Assembly (NCBI GenBank): GCA_963737655.1
Contig: CAVTTN010000002.1
Location: 7,328,001 to 7,392,000 of the forward strand
Direction: 5' to 3'
DNA length: 64,000 nucleotides
Source of the DNA: an uncultured Planctomycetota bacterium
GTDB taxonomy: Bacteria > Planctomycetota > Planctomycetia > Isosphaerales > Isosphaeraceae
A model generated the notes under the pieces. It was not told the DNA's origin, ran no database searches, and worked only from the letters and a program-made list of their open reading frames with translations. This document shows positions 56,767 through 64,000 of the stretch, piece after piece (the first letter of the stretch is position 1; each line of letters begins with the position of its first letter). A program made the position numbers and the translations under genes.

Positions 56767-59005
56767 ATGACGCGCACGACTCCGGTTTTCCTCACCCTCC
56801 TGATCGCCTCCCCGGCCCTCTCGGCCGACTGGAAGCCGGCCGAAGGTCCCCTGAAGACCCGGTGGGCGAAGGACGTCGATCCGGCCCGGGTCCTGCCCGA
56901 ATACCCCCGCCCGCAGCTCGTCCGAACCGACTGGATGAACCTCAACGGCGTCTGGGAATTCGCGCCGGGAAGGACGGCGACGCCCCTCCGATCGGCAAGC
57001 CCCTCGCCGGCAAGATCCTCGTGCCGTTCCCCGTCGAATCGGCCCTCTCCGGCGTGATGACGCACCACGACCGCCTCTGGTATCGCCGGACGTTCCGCCT
57101 CCCCGATTCCTGGAACGGCCGCAACACGCTCCTCCACTTCGGCGCGATCGACTGGGAAGCCCAGGTCTGGGTCAACGGCCGGGACCTCGGCACCCACAAG
57201 GGCGGCTATGATGCATTCACCCTGGACATTTCCAGGGCCGTCAAGCCGGGCACGGAGAATGAGTTGATCGTCCGGGTGTTCGACCCCACCGACGCCGGCA
57301 CCCAGCCCCGGGGCAAGCAGGTCCGCAACCCCGGCGGGATCTTCTACACGCCGACCACCGGCATCTGGCAGACGGTCTGGCTCGAACCCGTCCCCGAGAC
57401 CCACATCGGCTCGCTCGGGATCACGACCGATCTCGACGGGGGCGAGGTCCGCGTGATCCCCCAGATCGAAGGGAACGCCGACGGCCTGACCGTCGAGACC
57501 ACGCTCCTCGATGGCCGGACGATCGCCGCGACGTCCGAAACGTCCTCCCCGATCAAGCTCCCGCCGAATCCCAGGCTCTGGTCGCCCGACTCGCCGTTCC
57601 TCTACGGCCTGAAGGTGCGGATCTTGAAGGGTGGGCGGACCCTGGACGAGGTCGAGAGCTACGTCGGCCTCCGCCAGATCGCCATCGCGAAGGGCCAGGA
57701 CGGCGTGAACCGGATCACCCTGAACGGCAAGCCGGTCTTCATGGCGGGCCCGCTCGACCAGGGCTTCTGGCCCGACGGGATCTCCACGGCGCCGACCGAC
57801 GAGGCGCTCAAATATGACGTCAAGATCACCAAAAAGCTCGGCTTCAACGCCACTCGCAAACACGTGAAGGTCGAACCCGACCGCTGGTACTACTGGTGCG
57901 ACCGGCTCGGCCTCCTCGTCTGGCAGGACATGCCCAGCGGCGACCGCTCCATCGGCCCGAACGACCCCGACATCACGCGATCGCCGGCCTCGGCCGAGCA
58001 ATATTCCCTCGAACTCAAGGCCATGATCGACGGCCTCCGCAACCATCCCAGCATCATCATGTGGGTCGTCTTCAATGAGGGCTGGGGCCAGTTCGACACC
58101 GCGAAGGTGGCCGAGTGGACGAAGGCTTACGACCCCACCCGCCTGGTCAACAGCGCCAGCGGCTGGACCGATCGCGGGGTCGGCGACCTCCACGACCTCC
58201 ACTCGTACCCGAACCCCTTCGCGCCCCTCTCGAACCGAAGCGGGCGGGCGTCCTCGGCGAGTTCGGCGGCCTGGCCCTCGGCGTGGACGGCCACACCTGG
58301 ACCGGCAAGATCTGGGGCTATCAGGGCACGTCGAGCCAGGCGGAATTGACCCGAAAGTATGAACGCCTGATGCGTTCGGCATGGGAGCTGAACGACGCGA
58401 AGGGCCTGAACGCGGCGATTTACACCCAGCTCACCGACGTCGAGACCGAGGCCAATGGCCTCCTGACCTACGATCGCGAGGTCCTCAAGGTCGATCCGAC
58501 CAGGGTCGCGGCGATCAATCGCGGCGACCTCTCGCGAGTCCCCCAGGTGGTCCCGATCGTCCCCACCTCCCGCGATTCGCCGGTTTCCTGGAAATATGCG
58601 TTCACGAAACCCGCCGAAGGCTGGGAGCGCCCCGGGTTCGACGACTCGGGATGGAAATCCGGCGCCGGAGGGTTCGGCACCCGGATCACCCCGAACGCGG
58701 TCGTCCGAACCGAGTGGAGCGGCGCGGACGCCTGGGTCCGCCGCTCGTTCGAGCTCCCCGAGGTCGATCCGAAGTCGCTGGTCCTCCTGCTGTTCCACGA
58801 CGAGGACGCGGAAGTCTTCCTCAATGGAATCCTCGCGGCGAAGGTCCAGGGCTACATCACCAATTATGACGAGGTCCCGATCTCGGCCGAGGCCCTCGCC
58901 TCGCTGAAGCCCGGGAAGAACACGATCGCGATCCACTGCCGACAGACCGGCGGAGGCCAGTTCGTCGATTGCGGGATCGCCGAGATCCGCGAGCCGAAGC
59001 GGTGA
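56767..59005 (+). CDS. Glycoside hydrolase family 2 with C-terminal beta-sandwich (apparent frameshifts at ~56967 and ~58226)
   Basis: EYPRPQL, LLHFGAIDW, GIWQTVWLE, LDQGFWPDG, RKHVKVE, NHPSIIMWVVFNEGWGQ, GEFGG, YTQLTDVETE. Confidence 0.88.
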
Positions 59006-60351
59006 CGGCGGCGGCCGAAGCCCATCGGCGACCCCGGGAACTCGGCCTCTCGCTGGCCCTGGGGGCGCTCGCGTGCCTGGCCTACCTCGCCAACGGCCGG
59101 GAGCTGGGCGCCCACGACACCGAGCCGACCAAGCTCCTGGCCCTCTCGATCGCCCGGGGCGGCGGGATCGACCTGTCCCGATATGCAAGAATCCTCGTCG
59201 AGAACGGGAGACTCTCCGACAACGTGACGAGGAAGGGCGGCCGGCTCGTCTCGCGATACCCGGTCGCCCCGGCGCTGCTGGCGGTCCCGTTCGTGGTCCC
59301 GCAAACGCTCTACTTCGATCGGTTCGACCCCGGCTGGGACAGCAACCCGTTCTTCGCCTGGTGGTGGTCGAGCCGGTTCACCAAGAGGGCCGCCGCGATC
59401 CTCGCCGCCCTCGCCGTCGTCGCGTTCCATCGCCTGGTGCTCGCGCTTGGGGTGTCTCGCGGCTCGGCGGTCGTCGCGACCATCGCCGTCGGCCTCGGCT
59501 CGCCCCTCTGGACGATCGGCTCCCAGGCCCTCTGGCAGCACGGGCCGGCGGCCTTGATGCTGACCCTCACGCTCTGGCTGCTCGTCCCCGATCGCCCCTC
59601 GCGGCCCAGGCTCGCCCTGGCGGGAGTGACGGCCGGCACGATGGTCGCATGCCGGGCGATCGACCTCGTCTTCCTCCTGGCGATTCTCGTTGCCATGATC
59701 GCCCGCGATCGGCGAGCGCTCGCGTGGTTCCTGCCCGCCCCGATCGCGATCGGCGCGGCGGTCCTCGCCTATAATCTCGGCCTCTTCGGCACGATCTTCG
59801 GAGGCCAGTCCGAGCTCGAAGCGCTCCACCCAAGGACCCACGGTGTTGCCGGTCCGTGGTCCGGAAACCTCCTCGAAGGATCGCTCGGAACCTTCCTGAG
59901 CCCGAGCCGGGGGCTGTTCGTCTTCTGCCCGTGGACGGCCCTCGCCCTGGTCGCCGCGCCCTGGCCGCTCCGGGGCCGGAACCTGCCGCCGGTCGTCTCG
60001 TCCAGCCTCGCGGCGCTGGGCGTCTATGCCCTCCTGCTCTCGAAATACGCCGTCTGGTGGGCCGGATTCTGCTTCGGGCCGAGGTACTGGACCGACGCCG
60101 TGCCCCTGTTCGGAATCCTCCTGGCGATCGGCCTGGACCGGCTCCGAGTGCGGTCCCGCGCCCTCTTCATTCCGCTCGGAATCGCCCTGGGATGGTCGAT
60201 CGCGATCCAGGGCATCGGGGCCTCGCTGTACCCCAGCTCGTGGAACCTCCTGCCCACCAACATCGACACCCACCACGAACGCCTCTGGGACTGGCGAGAC
60301 ACCGAGGTCTCGCGATGCCTCGTCGAGTGGGCCCGTCGGCATGGCCGCTGA
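59002..60351 (+). CDS. Polytopic membrane protein, GT-C glycosyltransferase-like
   Basis: Many TM helices; SRYPV, SQALWQHG, SPSRGLFVFCP, WWAGFCFGPRYWTD; GTG overlaps the GH2 stop (GTGA). Confidence 0.6.
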   Translation: MTAAAEAHRRPRELGLSLALGALACLAYLANGRELGAHDTEPTKLLALSIARGGGIDLSRYARILVENGRLSDNVTRKGGRLVSRYPVAPALLAVPFVVPQTLYFDRFDPGWDSNPFFAWWWSSRFTKRAAAILAALAVVAFHRLVLALGVSRGSAVVATIAVGLGSPLWTIGSQALWQHGPAALMLTLTLWLLVPDRPSRPRLALAGVTAGTMVACRAIDLVFLLAILVAMIARDRRALAWFLPAPIAIGAAVLAYNLGLFGTIFGGQSELEALHPRTHGVAGPWSGNLLEGSLGTFLSPSRGLFVFCPWTALALVAAPWPLRGRNLPPVVSSSLAALGVYALLLSKYAVWWAGFCFGPRYWTDAVPLFGILLAIGLDRLRVRSRALFIPLGIALGWSIAIQGIGASLYPSSWNLLPTNIDTHHERLWDWRDTEVSRCLVEWARRHGR

Positions 60352-60422
60352 GGCCCCGCGATCCTACAATCCCTGCGGTCCGCCCCGCTGATGATCCCCA
60401 GGAAGTCCGCCGAGACGCCACG

Positions 60423-63355
60423 ATGGCCACCGCGATCGACCCCGAAAACCCGCCGTCCGCCTCGCTCGCCCGGCTGGCGGGCCGGCTCCGTTCCGAAACC
60501 CGCGCCGAGGTCCGCTTCGACCTCGGCTCGCGGATGCTTTATTCGACCGACGCCAGCCTCTACCAGATTCCGCCCCTCGGGGTGGTCGTCCCCCGGACCG
60601 TGGACGACGCCGCCCTCGCCGTGAACTTCGCCGCCGACGAGGGGATCGCCGTCCTCCCCCGAGGGGGGGCCACCAGCCTCTCCGGCCAGGTCGTCGGCTC
60701 GGCCGTCGTCCTCGATTTCTCCAAATATCTGAACCGGATCGGCGTGGTCGATCGCGACCGGATGACCGTCCGCGCCGAGCCGGGAGCCATTCTTGATGCC
60801 CTGAACGCGCATTTGCGCCCTTGGGGCTGATGTTCGGGCCGGACGTGTCCACCAGCGATCGCGCCACGATCGGCGGGATGATCGGCAACAACTCCGCCGG
60901 GGCCCGCTCCCTGCGGTTCGGCAAGACCGTCGATCACGTCCGGTCGCTCGACGTGATCCTCGACGACGGTTCCACCGCCACCTTCGGGCCGGTTACGCCC
61001 GGGAGGCTGGAAGAAGTCTGCATGCGTGACGACCGCTCGGGCCGGCTCCATCGGGCCGTCCGCGACGTGGTGGCCGAGCATCGCGACGCGATCGCCGCGA
61101 GGTTTCCCCGGATCCTGCGGAGGGTCAGCGGCTACAACCTCGACGAGTTCGTGCCGGGCCTGCCCGTCCGCGCCGAGGGCTGGGTCGATGAGCCGTGGGC
61201 GTTCAACCTCGCCCGCCTGATCGTCGGCTCGGAGGGCACGCTCGCCGTCGTGGCCGGGGCGGAATTGAAGGTCATGCCCTCGCCGAAGGCCCAGGGATTG
61301 GTCGTCCTCTCGTTCACCACGATCGCCGCGGCCCTGGATCGGCTGGGCGAGATCCTCGCCAGCCAGCCCGTCTCGGTCGAGATGCTCGATCGGATGATCC
61401 TCGACCTCGCCGCGGGGAACGCCGAGATGGCCCGGCACCTCACGTTCGCCGAGGGGCGCCCCGGGGCGGTCCTCGCCGCCCAGTTCTTCGCCGACTCGGC
61501 CGACGAACTCGCCGGGCGGGCCGACGACCTGGCCCGCCGGTTCGAGGGCAGGCCGGGCGTCCTGGGCGTCCGCAAGAGCCTCTCGGCCTCGGCCAAGGAC
61601 GATTTCTGGAAGGTCCGCAAGGCGGGGCTCTCCCTGCTGATGGGCATGGTCGGCGACGCCAAGCCGGTGGCGTTCGTCGAGGATACCGCCGTCGCCCCCG
61701 ATCGCCTGGCCGAGTTCTACGAGCGATTCGTCGCCATCATGGCCGATCGGGGCGCCGTCGGCGCCTGCTACGGACATGCCGACGTGGGTTGCCTCCACAT
61801 CCGACCGATCCTGAATGTGAAAACGCCCGAAGGTGTCCGAGATCTACGCGCGATTGCCCGGGACGTATCCGGGCTCGTCGCCGAGTTCGGCGGCGCCATG
61901 AGCGGCGAGCACGGCGACGGCCTGGCCAGGAGCCTCTGGAACGAGTCGCTGTTCGGCCCCGAGGTCTACCGCGCCTTCCGCCGGGTCAAGGCCGCCTTCG
62001 ACCCCGAGAACCGCATGAATCCCGGCAAGGTCGTCGCCTCGGCCGACCCCGGCGACCACCTGCGGCTCGGCCCCGATTATCATGCCATCGAGCCCGAGAC
62101 CCTCCTCGATTTCTCGTCGCAAGGCGGGTTCGCCAGGGCCGTGGAGATGTGCTCGGGCGTGGGCGCGTGCCGGAAGCCTTCGGGCGGGACCATGTGCCCG
62201 AGTTACATGATCACTCGCGACGAGGACCACTCCACCCGGGGCCGAGCCAACGCCCTGCGACTGGTCATGAGCGGAGGGCTCGGCACCCCAGGACTCGTCG
62301 AGGAGACGGTGGATCGCGCGCTCGACCTCTGCCTCCAGTGCAAGGCATGCAAGACCGAATGTCCCTCGAACGTGGACATGGCCAAGCTCAAGGCGGAATA
62401 TCTCCACCAGAAATATCGATCCCGGCACGTGCCGATCGGTTCCCTGCTGATGGGCCACATCCACCGGCTCAACCGGCTCGGCTCGCTCGCGCCGTCGCTG
62501 GCGAACGGGTCGCTCCGCAGCGCCCCGATGAAGTGGCTCCTCGACAGGATCGCCGGGATCGACCGCCGCCGCACCCTCCCCGAGTACGCCCCGAAGAGCT
62601 TCCGCTCGCTCTTCCGCCGCCACCATGCCGACCCGAGGGCCGGCCGCCGGGGCGACGTGGTGGTGCTGGACGACTGTTTCACCACATATAACGACCCGAA
62701 CGTCGGCATGGCGGCCGTCCGCGTTTTGGAGGCGGCGGGCTACGCGGTCCGGCTGTCGGGCCTGGCCTGCTGCGGCCGCCCGGCGTTCTCGAAGGGCCTG
62801 CTCCCGCTGGCCCGCGACCTCGCCCGCGAGAACGTCCGCCGCCTCGCGCCGATCGCCACCTCCGGGACGCCGATCCTCGGGCTCGAACCAAGCTGCATCG
62901 GGATGCTCATGGACGAATATCGAGACATGAAGCTCGGCCCCGACGCCGACCTCGTCGCCGGCGCCTCGCGAATGGCCGAGGCCCTCCTCGCCGAGACGCC
63001 CGACCTGCCCCTCGGCCCGACCGTCGCCAGGGCGATGCTCCACGGCCACTGCCAGCAGAAGGCGCTGATGGGGACGGCCGCCACCGTCGCCGCCCTCAGG
63101 CGGATCCCCGGCCTCTCGCTCACGGAGCTCGACTCCGGCTGCTGCGGGATGGCCGGCTCCTTCGGCTACGAGCGAGGCCACTACGAGCTGAGCGAGGCCC
63201 TCGCCCGCCGGGTCCTCATCCCGGCCATCGAGGCCGACCCGGACGCCCTCGTCATCGCCCCCGGATTCTCCTGTCGGAGCCAGATTCATGGGTTGATCGG
63301 TAAGACGGCCCGCCACCCCGTCGAGGTCCTGGCCGGATCCATCGTCGGCGATTGA
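60423..63355 (+). CDS. FAD-linked (Fe-S) oxidoreductase, GlcD/GlcF-fusion (YdiJ-like) (apparent frameshift at ~60820)
   Basis: YSTDASLYQ, RGGATSLSGQ, ATIGGMIGNNSAG, GSEGTL, SGEHGDG, CSGVGAC, CLQCKACKTECP, HGHCQQ, CCGMAGSFG. Confidence 0.92.
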
Positions 63356-63408
63356 TGTCTCCGGGCATGGGACCGATTGGGTCGGAGGACGGCGGGAAGC
63401 TGGCGCGG

Positions 63409-63613
63409 GAAAATGGTGTCAGATCGATTTTTGAATAGAAAAATCGATCTGACACCCTCCGTAGCAGACCCCGATCGACGAGGTCGATCGAGTAGGTCCG
63501 ACTTCAGTCGGGCCGACAAAACTCTGCACACGTGTAGGCCCGACTGAAGTCGGACCTACTCGATCCGTTTCCATCACCGGGGGTTTCTGCGGAGCAGATC
63601 TGGCACCATTTTC
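63409..63613. repeat. Nested palindrome cluster: GGTGTCAGATC-type arms enclosing a GTAG REP doublet
   Basis: 18-bp perfect stem 63415-63456; 29-bp perfect IR 63486-63514/63537-63565; outer IR 63409-63425/63597-63613. Confidence 0.8.
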
Positions 63614-63644
63614 TCCGCCATCTCCCGACCGCCCCGATTCGGCA

Positions 63645-63723
63645 AAGTTGACGACACTTTCCTGTCAAATCGTCGGAAAATGGCGGAAAACAAGTCATTT
63701 CGAGCGCGCAACGACTCGTGCGC
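63645..63723 (+). repeat. Dispersed AT-rich non-coding element, copy 2
   Basis: aagttgacgacactttcc...ggcggaaa...tttcgagcgcgcaacgactcgtgcgc aligns with the reverse complement of 4355-4434. Confidence 0.6.
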
Positions 63724-64000
63724 ACCGACAGATCCGCACCCGACCCATGTTTGGCGTGCTAGAGCGCAACCATTTTCGATTTCACCACTTGCGTAGGATG
63801 GTCGATCGCGAGATTGAGTCCCAACGGGGCCCAAAACACACGGCTTGTCGGGCGCCCGGCCAGACCGCGAATTGACACAAGCCTGTCACGACCCGCCCGG
63901 AGGCTCGATTTTCGGCGATCGCCGCCCGCGACGGTCGCGATGGTATCCCTCGGAACGGTTTGGCGAGCTCGACCCAAATTCACCCGCTTACCAGGCTCGA

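Overview
GC-rich bacterial chromosomal window. Gene content (PVC-type heme-binding protein, DUF1573/DUF1571/DUF1080 proteins, LEGR-LL-motif protein, several Uma2 nucleases, divergent Fae) points to a planctomycete, probably Isosphaeraceae-like; this is an inference. It carries housekeeping genes (carA, purA, uppS, cdsA, nrnA, rimI, hslUV), a Rieske/cytochrome b-c module, an arsR-arsM-arsC-like operon, a sigma54 regulator, proteases, a porin, carbohydrate-active genes and an FAD/Fe-S oxidoreductase. About eleven single frameshifts in otherwise intact genes, mostly at homopolymers, look like assembly errors. I saw no rRNA, tRNA, CRISPR array or classical transposase. The most striking unexplained structure is non-coding. 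A GxxExxY nuclease-fold gene is enclosed by 41-bp inverted repeats built from three phased heptamers, and gene-less elements with the same or similar repeat grammar sit at 7.8-8.1 kb and 4.1 kb. Together these suggest an autonomous/non-autonomous mobile-element system. Other candidates: several REP/REPIN families (some nested, some supplying stop codons), a dispersed ~80-nt AT-rich element, an A9-plus-hairpin recoding-like junction, probable pseudo-enzymes (class I GATase, ABC ATPase, Fae), and tandem Uma2 genes with an identical 5' module.
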